From the human T2T-CHM13v2.0 reference genome, Homo sapiens, in the NCBI RefSeq assembly GCF_009914755.1, contig NC_060938.1: a DNA stretch of 64,000 nucleotides. One strand, written 5' to 3'. A program made the position numbers and the translations under genes. The first letter of the stretch is position 1. Each line of letters begins with the position of its first letter. Shown here piece by piece: positions 1 through 14,109 of the stretch. Under the pieces are notes generated by a model. The model was not told the DNA's origin. It was given only the letters and a program-made list of their open reading frames with translations, and made no database searches.

Positions 1-140
1 TTTTTATTCGATTTACCTGTTTGGCATTCTGTCATTAAAGAAAAGTACCAAGAACCTCAAAACAAATCCAAGCTCTTGCGGTTGTATGAATCTATTTGTA
101 AATCAAAGGGGGCTTTTATGTTACGGCAGCAACCGAGCTC

Positions 141-142
<2 letters not shown>

Positions 143-171
<29 letters not shown>
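143..171. repeat. poly(T)29 mononucleotide run
   Basis: Uninterrupted T run read directly. Confidence 0.95.
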
Positions 172-174
<3 letters not shown>

Positions 175-569
175 CAAAATGCTCCAGGATTGCTGGAAAG
201 TCGCTGTCCTGGTCTGCAGGGCCCGGGGAAACTGAAAGAAGATCCAGAAGGACGCGCCCTAGCTATGGAGGCTTTGGTGGCATCCGAAAGGGGAGGGGGT
301 GGCGACCTGCATTAGGCCCCCTCCTCTCCAAACACCTGCTGCTGGTGATGTCGAGAAAACTCCTTGCCCTTGCAACTCTGAGGCGGAGGGGGAAAGGGGA
401 CCGGAAGCCTCAACATTTTCCTGGTTTCCTGGGGGAGGAGGGTCCGAAAGGAAAGGCTGGTGGGGGGGTGGGGGGAAGGGCCCCAGTGACGACTGGATTC
501 GGAATTTTCCTCTCACTTCGTGGTAGTGAAGAATTTAACTACAACAGTAACAACACTAATAATTCTAAA

Positions 570-1640
570 AGCCGTGGGAGGTCAGAGCGGGCGCTGCCCG
601 GCGTCACCCCTGCAGCGTCCGGATCGCTCCGCATAGGCAGGGGTGGTGCCCCCTCCCCGGGGCACAGAAACGCCACATCCCGGGGGCGCCGCCCAGAGGC
701 TGTCTCTGTTTCTGTGTCCCTTCATGAGGCTCTGTCCCACAAAGGCAGCCTGAGCCAGGACCCTAAAGAGGCCTGGTCATCGGGACCGGAGGGAGTTCCG
801 CTTCCCAGGCCGGCTCTGCAAACGCGAGCCTGCGCCAAGGCGCCCTGCGGGTTTGCTGGTGGCATCGAGGGGCAGCGCGGGGCCAGCGCTGGGAGCTCCG
901 AACCCACACGCTCCGGCCAGCTGCCCGGGAAGCGCCCAAGCACACGTCCCGAGTCCCAGATTGGATTAAGTTGCCCAACTACCTACTTTTTCTCTCTTTA
1001 AGGAGAAGCCTAATTGGAGAAGATTCGGTTTTCTTCGCCATGGCAGGTCCCTTTCTCCTGACCCGCAGTTGCAGGGGCTGAGGGTAGGCGCAGGTCCTCC
1101 CTGGGGTCGAAGCCACCATCGGGCCTCGAGGTTGCCCCCCTAACATCCGGCCTGCACGCCTGGCGGGGGCGCAACAGTGTCTCACGGCTCGGGAGCTCGT
1201 TTTTGGCTTCTGAGCAAGGTATTTTTTTCATCTGCCGTGTGTTTAGCTGAATTCAGTATATTTTTCTCGCACTTCTCGCTTTTTTTTTTTTCTTTCTGAA
1301 TCTGCTCTTCTGCTTTGCGGGCCCCTAATCTCTCCCGAATCTCGGGCGCCCGGCCCGGCCCAGGCGAGCGCTCGCGGTTGGGGACGCGGGTGGGGACGCG
1401 GCGGTCTGGGCGCTGCAGGATGCGCCTGGCCGCGGAGGAGACGACCAGGGAGCGGGTCGCCAGATCAAGATCTGCCAGTGCCACTACCTCTGCTTATCTC
1501 CAGGGGCAATCATCGGCTGTCTCAGCTTCCTACCTTTCCACCCACTGTCACTGGGGGTCGGGTTCATTTTGGGGTAAAGTGAATTAAAAGGTCTCCCTCG
1601 TTCGTCTGGATCCAGGCGTGGGTGGGGACAGGGGCGAGCT
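570..1640. promoter_or_regulatory. CpG island (promoter-flanking or Polycomb-type regulatory island)
   Basis: High GC and dense CpG outside any repeat (e.g. gggcgcccggcccggcccaggcgagcgctcgcgg), in contrast to the CpG-poor remainder. G-tracts at ~460-481. Edges approximate. Confidence 0.85.
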
Positions 1641-1733
1641 CTTGCCTGCCTCGCCCTGGCAAACATCTCTTGGAGAGAAAAGTCAGTGTCCTGGGTCCCC
1701 AGTGCACTCTTCCACCACGCCTAGCTATGGCTC

Positions 1734-1759
1734 TGTGTGTGTGTGTGTGTGTGTGTGTG
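1734..1759. repeat. (TG)13 microsatellite
   Basis: Direct read. Confidence 0.95.
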
Positions 1760-2408
1760 CGCACATATATGCATATCTCTACAACCCCGGGGCATCATAA
1801 GGCTGTACTCTCTTTATGGAATTCCAGAACTGTGCAGGGCCTCCTGTGATTCCAGGATCCTGCCCTTCCCACTATTCAGCAGTGCCTGCCACCTGCCCGC
1901 AAGACCAGGAGGCATAGCCAAGCAAAATAATGGCCCTTGAGATCCTTATAAAACTTAGGGTGGCAAGAGCTTTAAGGGTCTTTAGTTCAAACTTTACCTC
2001 TGGTCCGTCCATAGGATCTCCCCAAACCCCAACCTCTCCCTGCTGTAATTAGAAGCTCACTCTTTCCCTGGGGTCAAAAATCCTGAATTGATATTCTCTA
2101 GCTGCAGTGTGACTTTTTAGGCCAATTCCTTAACTTTTTGCGCCTTAATTTCTTTTCCTGTGAAATTGAAAAAGACTCCAAAAACAGTAATATATGCCTT
2201 TTACATACACAATACACAAAATACACATACCTGGCTGCAGGTCGTTTCAAGGATGCAAGGTGGTCACATATTTGTAAACATCTTGACAAACTCTAAGTTC
2301 CCTAATTTAGGAGATACCTGCAGGGACTGCTATTATGAAGATTAAGTGTGCAGTAAATGGGGGAGGATGAAGAATCTCACTGATTAGCCTAAATCAGATA
2401 AAAAATGA

Positions 2409-3327
<919 letters not shown>

Positions 3328-3470
3328 GAAGAAGAAGAGGAAGAGGAAGAGGAAGAGGAAGAGGAAGAGGAGGAAGAAGAAGAAGAAGAAGAAGAAGAAG
3401 AAGAAGAAGAAGAAGAAGAAGAAGAAGAAGAAGAAGAAGAAGAAGAGAAGAAGAAGAAAGAAGAAGAAAA
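3328..3470 (+). repeat. Compound (GAA)3(GAGGAA)5(GAG)2(GAA)24 repeat plus degenerate GAA, in the Alu tail
   Basis: Direct read. Pure (GAA)24 at 3373-3444. Confidence 0.95.
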
Positions 3471-4189
3471 AGACAGGGCTTATCCCAGCCTCACCACCTG
3501 CCATTTTCCTTTATTAGTTTAGTTTAATTTCGAGGTTGGTGGGGGAAGCCTATGGCGCTCATCACCGGAAGCACTTTTATTAGAATTGAAATCTTCCAAG
3601 CTTGCATTTGCTACTTTTAAACTCTTTGGACGGTAATGAATATGGATGGAATGTGGTTTCCTATGAATATGGAGGAGCGATGGGGGGTGCATGGTGGATG
3701 GATTACTATTTAACATTAACCGCTGGTAACCTTTCCTCCTCTCTGACTTCCCTGCAATATTATCCTGAGAAGGGTCAGCTCCAGTTGCCTTTTTGCAAAA
3801 TACGATTAGTCACTTCTTGCCACATGTGCTTGCCCCTGGACCTTATTTGCCATCCTACATAATTATTAGAAGAATCTTCTAATTTTATTTGAAATTCTAA
3901 GTCGACACTTATGTCAAAGTGCCATGACACAGCATTGTGTTTAATTCCTCTTTTGTTAGCCTCATTTGGGCTCCTGAAGAATTATACTCAAAGGAAGCTT
4001 CCATCCTGTTCCCTTTCTTATTACAGCAGTTGGAGCCATTAATTACAGCTTTGAGGATTTGCTCCGGAAAGGAAGGTACTACCCTGCGCTGTGCTTGTTC
4101 TCCTTTACAGATACAAGCGAAGGTGTGTCAAGGTGGTTTTGCAATAGTTTGAAACTACAGGCCATGGATTTTCAGCGTGTTTTTGAATG

Positions 4190-4770
4190 TGTCATTCCCT
4201 CTATCTGGAATGCTCTTTTCTCCTCTTCACCTGCTTGGTGAAGTCTTGTTGATTCTTTAAGACTCAGCTCATACGTTTCTCTTTGCAACCTTGCCAACCA
4301 CACAGGAGTTGGCCCCTTCTTCGGATGTGCCCCTTGTACCTATTTCTGTCCTAGAACTTATTGCCTCCACTGCAACCATATTTTTATGTTGCTGTTAAAT
4401 ACTGGTGGTCTATAGTGTGGGGTTACGAATGTGGACTCTGCAGTCAGACTTTCTGGGCTGATGCTTTGATATCCCCTCACTTACCAGCTGTATGTGTGAC
4501 CTCATTTCTATAGCGGGGGTAATAATATTGTCTGAATCTGGAGTTGTTAGAATTACCTGAGATAGGTTCTTCAAGCCACTTTAGTTTGCAGCAAGAGCTC
4601 AGTAAATATTCAGTAAGATCACAACATTGTTTCTTTCTTGTGAGCTATGAGCTTCTGAAGTGCAGGGTGACAGGGAGAAAGCCCTTTGTATTCCCATTTC
4701 CTTGACTCATAATGGGTGCTGTTCCCAATGCTTGGCACATAATTCGTGCTCAGTTAATGTTCTCAGCAAG
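4190..4770 (+). mobile_element. L2 3' fragment interrupted by a MIR (~4410-4610)
   Basis: L2-like cattccctctatctggaatgctcttt and 3' end ttggcacataattcgtgctcagttaatg. MIR-like ggactctgcagtcagac...cacttaccagctgtatgtgtgacc. Confidence 0.65.
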
Positions 4771-5061
4771 AATGACAGAGGGAGAGTTTGTTAATGGAGA
4801 TATCCAGTGTCAAATATCACACTTAACCAATTATTAACGCAAAGCATTGTGCTAGATTTTTGCAGAGGATAAAAAAGGGAGATAAACACTTTCATAACAT
4901 TCACCACATAGCCAGGGTGATAAACAAATATGCAAGCCACTTTATATGATGATACAAGAGAGAAATACCTATGCTACAAGATGGTGATCTGGTCTCCTTC
5001 CTAATCTGCCCTACTCACGCCCAACTGGCTTTTCTTATTGCAGCATGGAATTAACCATGCC

Positions 5062-5534
<473 letters not shown>

Positions 5535-5597
5535 ATTTGTGCCCCTGTGAGGTTTAACTTTATCTGATGACTCCCCAGTGTCTTGAATGGTGAGAAT

Positions 5598-5775
5598 CTG
5601 CTATGAGCCAGACAGTGGGTGAGTATGTACCAAGCGAAGCCCCTACTACGAGCCATCCAGTATATAAATGTGTACAAAGCAAAGCACCTATTATAAACTC
5701 TCTACTATATGGATCTGTACCAAGCAAAGCACCTGCTATGCACCACACAGTGTCTGGTATACACCAAGTCAAGTC
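5598..5775. repeat. Degenerate 45-bp minisatellite, about 4 units
   Basis: tgtac(c/a)aagc(g/a)aagc(c/a)cct starts at 5626, 5671 and 5716, with a degenerate copy at 5760. Confidence 0.75.
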
Positions 5776-5779
5776 TGGA

Positions 5780-6230
5780 CTTTTAGCATGGTATGCAAAG
5801 CCCTTCATCATCTGACCAAATCTCACCTTTGGCCCCATTTCTCCAGGGAGCCCAGCTGGGCCTCTTGATCATTTCTGCGTGCACTGTAGCACTGTTTTGT
5901 CTCCACGCTGTTAACCAGAATTTCCTCTCTGCCTAGGATGCCTTTCCTCCACTTCATCCACCTGTCAAATAGTTTAGCATCCTCAAAGGCCTCCTTCAAG
6001 TGTGCCTTCTCCCCTAGCTCCTCCACAAACTTGTGACACTACTGCCTGTTCCCCGGGACTCTGCTCAGCCTGCTTTGATGGGCCTCTTCCTGTGGAATTT
6101 CACTGTGTCGCGATGATCCCTCTCCCCTGTGAGACTGTGTACGCTTTGCCAGCAGGGCTGGCTTATTCCCATTCGTATGGCTTAACTTGTAGCCTGATGT
6201 CTGCTCACACAGTCGGTAGCCTCCTTGTTT
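5780..6230 (+). mobile_element. L2 3' fragment
   Basis: ttttagcatggtatgcaaagcccttcatcatctg...ttcctctctgcctaggatgcctttcc pattern. Confidence 0.6.
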
Positions 6231-8303
6231 GGGGAAAGAAGGGAGGGAGGGAGGGAAGAAGAGGAAGAAAAGAGGGAGGGAGAGAGGGAGGGAAGAATTT
6301 TCAAATTTTGTCAAATGAGTGTTAGAAATAATAGATCTTATACTATCAGAGGAGAAAGAGATTATTCGGGCTGGACAGAGAAGGGCCCTACATTCAACTT
6401 TAGGCTAAATTCAATTCAAGGCTACAGAAGTAACCTGGGTTATAAATGACCAGTAGAATTGAGGAAGTCACATTTTATATTTACAAAAAGACATCTGTAG
6501 GCTTTTAGGTTTTGCACCCACCTTGATTTAAGTAGTAAGTGTTTAAAAAAAGAAAAGAATGGAAATCATTGCAGTTCACAAGCAATATCCACGTATTTAC
6601 TTTTTTAGCAACCACTTCTAGAAACAATGGCTCTTTGTTTCCAAAATCATATATTGCTAATGTCAAATAGCATTTTGAAAGGAGTCTTCAATAACTCGTG
6701 AAAAATTCAAGTATTACTATAGACTGAAAACTGGAAAACAATTCTTTTATATTCTTTATGAGCCACATTATGGCACAACCATTTGAGAAGATAGCATGTA
6801 AGTTAAATTTGCTTTGATACTGACATGTGACATTGCAACAAATCAAATGCATTGTTTTTTGACAAGTTTTGAGAACTAAAATTTCAGAAAGCACTTGGTA
6901 TGGGAGGTGACTGAATTCATACTATTGAAATTGTGGTTATAAAGATTGATAAGGAAGGTTCATTCACTAAAAACTATAATGGCAGATGTAATAATGATGA
7001 CATTCATCATCCTTCAAAGGCATTTATTAAGCACCCACAGGTACTTGGCAGTCTGGCGTGCTGCACAGAGTTAGACAGACATGGTCCCTATTCAGCGAAG
7101 AGCTCGCCATTGTGCACTTCCTTTGTTGAGAGTACAACTTTTCTACTTGTCATTGGTGACTGAAAGACACTCCTTGTCATTATTTATGCTGTCTGGGTTT
7201 CTGATTTTCAAGGAGCAGGGAGTCTTTCTTGTCGTTTCTTTTAATTATACCGCACAAAGTGGTATTCTGTCCTCTGGAAACATTGTCTTTGTTGGGTGAG
7301 CTTGCAGGTGGGATGACCCTTATATTCACAGCATCGTAGCAGTGTGGGCGACTTGCAGTTGGACTGCATCTTTGCAACTCCCAGAAGCACCACGGTGCTT
7401 TGCCATTCCCTCTGCTGTGACCCTTATTCCCTATGTTCTGCCCCTCCAGCCCCACCCCAGTCTAGGCTGTTTGCAAGCTGAAGGCAGCTCTGTTCCCCAC
7501 CTCAAACCCTTAGCACTCACTGAGCACCCTGCTGCTACCTCATCAGAGATCGGCAATGTATTGACTGACAATAAATTGAAAGGAGGCAACGATAGAACTT
7601 ACAAAGCAATGGGAAGTCTGTGACAGATTTTATCAAATGTTTGCTAAATTCAACTCCGAACACATTTTATCCTGGACACATTGGTGTCTGCTAACTTACC
7701 TGTTTGTACAATGTGAAGTGCTGCTCACTCCAGCAATTAAAAGTTGACCCCAGGCAAATTGAATGGGAGGAGCTGGGTGTGGGATTCCCCTTAACTATTC
7801 TTCTATGAAGGATGCTGTCAGTTGGCATTCAAAGTGGAGCAATGACCTGAGACCAGGAGCTCCAAATCCCAGTTAGTGGCAGAGAAGAAAATGCATCCAG
7901 TTCATGATTTTAAAAAATACCATGATGGGGGTGGGGAAGCATGCCTATGCTGAGCTTTCATTTCATTTTGTACCCATTACTTTTATAGAAGATTGATATA
8001 CAAAAGAAACCAATTCACAGACCATTTTTACATTTTTTGAAACCGTTGTTGATAACATTATTCATCCTTTTCCCCAAATGTCTCTCACAGAAGAAGCTAA
8101 ATTAATGTGCCCCTGGATATACGTTTGTTCTTCCAGGTTAACTTGCAAGCCGTTGGTGGGGCAATGAAAATTAGTAATACAGTGAGTTTCTTTCATCACC
8201 TTGGCCAGTAGGAAGCTCAAAAACATGTACTATCACCGAAGAAGAGAGCTTCTTGGCATATATGTACACACACACTAGTTTTAAAAGTTTTAGATATACT
8301 AGT

Positions 8304-8841
8304 TGTGATGGTTAATATTGAGTGTCAACCTGATTGGATTGAAGGATGCAAAGTATTGTTCCTAGGTGCATCTGTGACAGTGTTGCCAAAGGGGATTAAC
8401 ATTTGAGTCAGTGGACTGGGAGAGGCAGACCCACCCTCAGTATGGGTAGGCTCCATCTAATCAGTTGCCAGCACAGTTAGAACAAAGCAGGCAGAAAAAG
8501 GTGAGCTTGCTGAGTCCTCTGGTCTTCGTCTTTCTCCCATGCTGGATGCCTCCTGCCCTTGAACATCAGACTCCAAATTCTTCAGCTTTTGGACTCTTGG
8601 ACTTACACCAGTGGTTTGCCAGAGGCTCTTGGGCCTTCAGCCATAGACTGAAGGCTGCACTGTCAGCTTCCCTACTTTTGATGTTCTGGGACTCTAACTG
8701 GCTTCCTTGCCCCTCAGCTTGCAGATGGCCTGTTGTAGGACTTCACCTTGTAATCGTGTGTCAATTCTCCTTAATAAACTCTCCTTCATATATACATCTA
8801 TCCTATTAGTTCTGTCCCTTTAGAGAACCTTGACTAATACA
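8304..8841 (+). mobile_element. MLT2A2-like (ERVL) solo LTR, complete
   Basis: Starts tgtgatggttaatattgagtgtcaac, ends gagaaccttgactaataca. TG..CA termini, AATAAA, perfect 5-bp TSD ctagt. The 538-bp length fits MLT2A2 better than MLT2A1. Confidence 0.9.
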
Positions 8842-8904
8842 CTAGTCAACTATACATAATTTGTAGTTTTATGTTGTTTATAACTACATACATGCACATG
8901 TACA

Positions 8905-8958
8905 GTCATGCATACATACATACACATACATATATACACACACACACACATACATACA
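8905..8958. repeat. Mixed (CATA)/(CA)/(TA) microsatellite
   Basis: Direct read. Confidence 0.8.
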
Positions 8959-9399
8959 TTCAAAGCCATTCAGAAATTCATTCAACAACATTTATTGGGC
9001 ATCTGCTAGTTTCCAGGCAGCCTTTGGTGCACTGACGAATCTGGCCACAAACAAGGCAGCTTCCTTCTTTTATGCATCTCACCTTTTTAAAGCAGCCAAC
9101 TGCAGGGACAATGACATGGTACACTAATAGGTTTTTGGAACAGACAAGAGGGAAGGAATCTTGGAGTTGCTGTTTCTTCAACTCTGTCCTCTCCTTCCTC
9201 TTCCACATGTTCTCTCTCACCCCTTTCTCTCCTTTTGGCTTCACGTCCTCCCCTGTTCATGGCCACCCTCATTGATCACAGCTTGATTGCCCCAGTGGCT
9301 TTACCTCCGGCATCTCTTCATCAATTCTTTTATACTTGTCTGATGATTTTTCCTAAAACTTGGTCTTTACCTCTTTGGGACCTCCTACCATGATCATCG

Positions 9400-9620
9400 T
9401 AGTAGCAGCTAATCATATAAGATGCTTACTCTGAGCTTGCTGCTCTGCATGTAATATCCCATCTAAACCTTACAGAGGCTATGAGGTTGCCACTATTATT
9501 CCCATGTTATGAATGAGGAATTCATGCTCAGAAGGCTGAAACCACTGGCCTAAGACCAGGAAGGCTGCTCCGGGGCAGTGAGACCCCAAGCTTGTCATCT
9601 CATAATTCAATTCTACAATT
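9400..9620 (-). mobile_element. MIR
   Basis: ctatgaggttgccactattattcccatgttatgaatgaggaattcatgctcagaagg core. Confidence 0.65.
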
Positions 9621-10233
9621 CTCCTTACCTTCTGACCTCCTCCTGCTGCTGCTGCCAGAAGGCTTTGTGGCTTTCTGGAACCTGACTCCCAACCTTGGCT
9701 CTGCTGTATTTTCTGCAAAGAAAATGGTCTCACCTGTCTGCTCTGTTTCACAAATACTTTCAGGTGTTCTGAGCGTTCTGGGTAGGTGTTCTCAGTGCTG
9801 GTGGGCAGGGCATGAGGCTGCCAGTGGAGCTGCATTAATGAAGGTACATTCTGTAGCCCCAGGCTAGTGCTGGTCAGACTCCACCGTAAATTCTGTGTTT
9901 CCATTCTGGGCACCAGACATATCAAGGGGAGAGGGGTGCTGGAGACCATGTGAGCTGATCAAGTTGGGAAGTCAAGGAAAGGTTTCCGGCATTCAGCCGG
10001 AGTCTGGTGTTTTCCAAGGTTGCTTCATGGCCTGAGAATACGTAATTCCTATAGGAAGACTTGGATTCAGTCTACAGATGTGTGTTTTTCCCTTCCCAGA
10101 TTCCAGTGGTGTTGATAGTTGGGTCCTATTGGTCAGATGCCTGTTGGTTGCAAGCAGCAGAAGCCAGCTCAAGCTGGTCTAAGCATCACTGTGGCACGCT
10201 TGCACCCTGGACAGTTTCATTTGCCCATTCAGG

Positions 10234-10526
<293 letters not shown>

Positions 10527-10619
10527 ACCCATTCAAGTTTTAATTTCCTAAAACACAAAGGCAGACACTTACACCATCTCCTTCTTACAGATGTGAATGT
10601 CATGTTGAACTCAGAGAAG

Positions 10620-11030
10620 GTGTTCAGTAAATTTCTTGGCACTGTTCTAGGTACTGTTCATAATCCACCAGTGAATAAAACAAGCCCTGCCTTCATAAAC
10701 CTTACATTTTTCAAGGACGGAGAGACAATGAACAACAAATATAATAACTATAGGATTGTGTCATGCATTAGAAAAAAGAATATCAGAGAAAAGTGGGTGG
10801 AGAATGCTGAGCTAGGGAGAGGAGTGCTAGGAAGGGACAGACTGTGGCATAAAAGAGTAAGGTAAAAGTTTATTGAGAAGGGAGCAAAGCGATAAAGCGC
10901 TATGGGCAAGAGCCAAGTGGATATCTAGGGGGAGGAACATCCTAGAAGGAATAGCCAGAACAAAGTCTCTGAGTTAGGAGGGTGTCTGGTGTGTCTGATG
11001 AAAAGCAGGGAGGCCAGTGTGGCTGAAGCT
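10620..11030 (-). mobile_element. L2 fragment
   Basis: ggcactgttctaggtactg...cagtgaataaaacaagccctgccttcat...aaaagcagggaggccagtgtggctg. Confidence 0.7.
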
Positions 11031-11125
11031 CAACATTTAATTTCTCCTTGAACGTGGAAGAATTCCTTTTTCGGTAAGCACTTATGTTCCATGTTGGCTT
11101 GTCTCAAAGTTTAGAGGCGCTAGCC

Positions 11126-11797
11126 TGTCTCAGTCTGTTCTGGCTGATAAAACAAAATACCTTAGACTGGGTAATTTATAAACGACAGATGTTTATTGCT
11201 CACAATTCTGGAGGCTGGGAAGTCCAAGATCAAAGTGAAGGTAGATTCCATGTCTGGTGAGGGCCCACTCTCTGCTTCAAAAATGGTGCCTTCTCCATGT
11301 GTCTTCCCATGGTGGGAGGGGTAAGGGGCTCACACACTCCCTCAGGACTCTTTTATAAGGGCAGGGCCCTCATGACCTAATTATTACCTCTCAAAGGCCA
11401 TACTTTTTAATGTAGTGGACACTCTGTATCCATAGGGGTGTCATTGGTGGATTCAACCAAACTCAGATTGAAAATTTTTTTAAAAATCACATCTGTCCTG
11501 AACATGAACAGATTACTTTCTTGTCATTATTTCCTAAACAATATAGTATATAACTATTTACGTAGCATTTACATTATATTAGGTAAACCTAGAGATGATT
11601 TAAAGTATACAGGAGGATATGTTATATGCAAATACTATGCCATTTTATATCAGGAACTTGAGCATCTGTGGATTTTTGTATCCTTGGGGGTCCTGGAACT
11701 TATACTCCACAGATACTGAGGGATACTGTACTACTGCGTTGGGGATTAAGTTTCAACATATGAATTTTTGGGGCAACCCATACATTCAGAGCACAGC
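11126..11797 (-). mobile_element. MaLR LTR (MSTD/MLT1A-like) interrupted by MER2
   Basis: tgtctcagtctgttctggctgataaaacaaaataccttagactgggtaatttata...ggggattaagtttcaacatatgaatttttgggg. Confidence 0.8.
11413..11728 (-). mobile_element. MER2 (TcMar-Tigger MITE)
   Basis: ctagagatgatttaaagtatacaggagg...atatgcaaatactatgccattttatatcagg...gatactgagggatactg followed by ta. Confidence 0.85.
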
Positions 11798-12597
11798 CCA
11801 GTTCAACATCGAATGCTACATTTTTAATTTGAGCAGTCCTATTTTTTAAAGATGGTGTCCCACCAAGTTTCTGGTGATGTGTGTGTGTGTTGTGAGGGAT
11901 GCTTTATTTTCTCTGAAAAAGCCTAGCTCAGGGAGCTGTTCCTGTTTGTAGATAAATTTTAAAAACATCACCTTCCAGATGCTGTGTCTCCACAGCACAT
12001 TTTGGATGCCTGACATTTAAATTCCTGGAAACTAAACCTCCAGTGTCTTGTATCTCTTTGGCAATGATGAATTTCAAATGAACTCAAGTTAATGTAGTGC
12101 TTGTGAAGGGCGCCAGACAAACCGTGCTCAAAACTGTAGATTCTCAACACAACAGGTCCAGCAGGGCCGCACTCGGCAGATGGCTCTGCCCTCCCAGCCT
12201 CGCAGGCAACCCAGACATCGCCTCTTGATGCGAGAAGATAATTTTTGTTTAGTTCCCCCTCACTATCTTGCCTCTGGGTGACCATGTTATTTCCAGCAAA
12301 TCGTCTTACCTCATGTGAGTTAATAATTGGATAACTAATCAGATTTCTATTTTAATTCGGATATTTGGCATAAGGTAGATGCAGCCAGGGGCACTTAGAG
12401 AATTTGACTGGGACCTGTCACTCAGGAGTCATTTTTGATTCCCTGTGTGTGCTACAGGCTTCCATCTTACCTCTAAGAAGATCACTCCCGATGGCTATCT
12501 CAGCCCTGGGCCCTCATTTCTACTTGGCCATCATACATCTCCAATGATGTCCCCATGTCTCCAACATGGCCCCTTGAACAGATGTTAGCTATGAACC

Positions 12598-12790
12598 ATT
12601 ACTTCTCAACCTTAGCCCTATGGACACTCTGGGCTAGGTCAGTTTTTGCTTAGGGGAGTTTCCTATGCATTGTAGGATGTTTAGTCATGTCCTTGGCTTT
12701 TACCGTCTAGATGCCAGTAACATCTTTAGTTGTGACAACCAAGTGTTTTCTGACATTGCCAAATGTCCCCTTGGTGACAGAGTCATTGTA
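12598..12790 (-). mobile_element. MER20 (hAT-Charlie)
   Basis: tgcattgtaggatgtttag...ctagatgccagta...gttgtgacaacc...gacattgccaaatgtcccc. Confidence 0.85.
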
Positions 12791-12939
12791 GACCATGAGA
12801 TGCCAATATCATGGCCATGATCAGCACCCATATTTACAAACAAGTTTCATAACCATTGTGCTTTTGACAGAACAATACCATGAGTGGGACAGGGATCGTA
12901 CTTTACCACAGTGAAGACAGTAACATATGCCACTTTTTT

Positions 12940-13320
12940 TTCATTTGATTATAGAAGCAATACGTGCTCATTTTAGAAAACTTGGGAACAAAACTATAAA
13001 ATTAAGCGAACATTAACCTGGATTCTCACCAGCCATCAACAAAGTGTCATTAATATATCTAGTCTTTTCCATGCATACATCTATGTGAATATCAAGAGAT
13101 ATACTTTTGTTACAAAAGTAAAATCATGCTTTTTGTGCTATGTCCTAATCTGTTTCTTTCTCTATGTGTTTCTGAAACATTTTTTATGCTATTAAATATT
13201 CTTACGTGGGATTCTAATAGCTGCAGGGTGTTATATCATGGAGATGGAATATAATTTACTCATCAGTCCCCTGTTACTAGCATTTAAGTTGTTTCCAATT
13301 TCTCTCCTGTAAGCAATACT
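12940..13320 (-). mobile_element. Old L1M 3' fragment
   Basis: ataatttactcatcagtcccctgttactagcatttaagttgtttccaattt pattern. Confidence 0.55.
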
Positions 13321-13643
13321 TTGATTTTTTGTTTTTTACATTTAGAAACACTGAAATGGACTGGGAAATATGATGTTGGGTTTTGGCTGGAGGTAAGGGA
13401 TAGAAGAGATGAGTTGGGGATGACATCAGATGTCCAATCTTTAGTCACGTCAGAGGATGGAGATGGCTGTATTTGCTGAGTTGTAATGGAAGAGAGATGA
13501 TGAGGCTTGTGGCTGGGCTGCTTGCTCTGACCATCAGCTGTCAGATCACTGCAGATGTCTGATAGCCAAGTGGAAATGAGGGTCCAGGGTTGAGATAGCC
13601 ACCTGGAGTGATCATCCTAGAGGTGAGACAGAAGTCTGTAGCA

Positions 13644-13856
13644 CAGTACTGTCCAACAGAAGTCTAATGCAAACCACATGTGTAGCTTTTAGATTTCTAG
13701 TAGGCAAAGTTAAAAAAAAAAAGAAACGGTACATTCATTTTAATGATATATTTTACTTAACCCAGCATATCCACATTATTATTTCAATGTGTGGCATCCA
13801 CCACATTTCAAGTGCTCAATAGCCATATGTAGCTTTTGGCTACCAAACTGGACAGG
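13644..13856. mobile_element. MER33 (hAT-Charlie), internally deleted
   Basis: cagtactgtccaacaga...ccacatttcaagtgctcaatagccatatg...ggctaccaaactggacag. Confidence 0.8.
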
Positions 13857-13879
13857 GTGGCTTGGAGGCACCTTGGTGG

Positions 13880-14075
13880 TATTCGCTTTGTCACTCAGAA
13901 GATATTTGGCAATGCCTGGAGACATTTGATTGTCATGACTGGAGACGGTGCTACTGACAAGTTGATAAAGGCCAAGGGTGTATCTAAACATCCCACAATG
14001 CATAGGAAAGACCCCCCCCCATGCAAGGAGTGATCCAGCCCAGATTGTCCTTAGTGTTGGGGTTAGGAAACAGTG
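13880..14075 (+). mobile_element. MER20
   Basis: gatatttggcaatgcctggagacatttgattgtcatgact...ctaaacatcccacaatgcatagg. Confidence 0.8.
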
Positions 14076-14109
14076 GTCTACAGCTGTTTGTTCAAGAGTC
14101 CATGCTGTT

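Noticed and set aside
345-1001. 218-aa ORF in the CpG island
   Set aside because: G/P/R/S-rich with no recognisable domain. Long open frames are expected in GC-rich DNA that is poor in stop codons.
5598-5775. CRISPR-like repeat-spacer array
   Set aside because: Human context, imperfect repeats, mutually related spacers and no cas genes.
11625-11635. Octamer ATGCAAAT as an enhancer motif
   Set aside because: Native part of the MER2 sequence, so it carries no locus-specific information.
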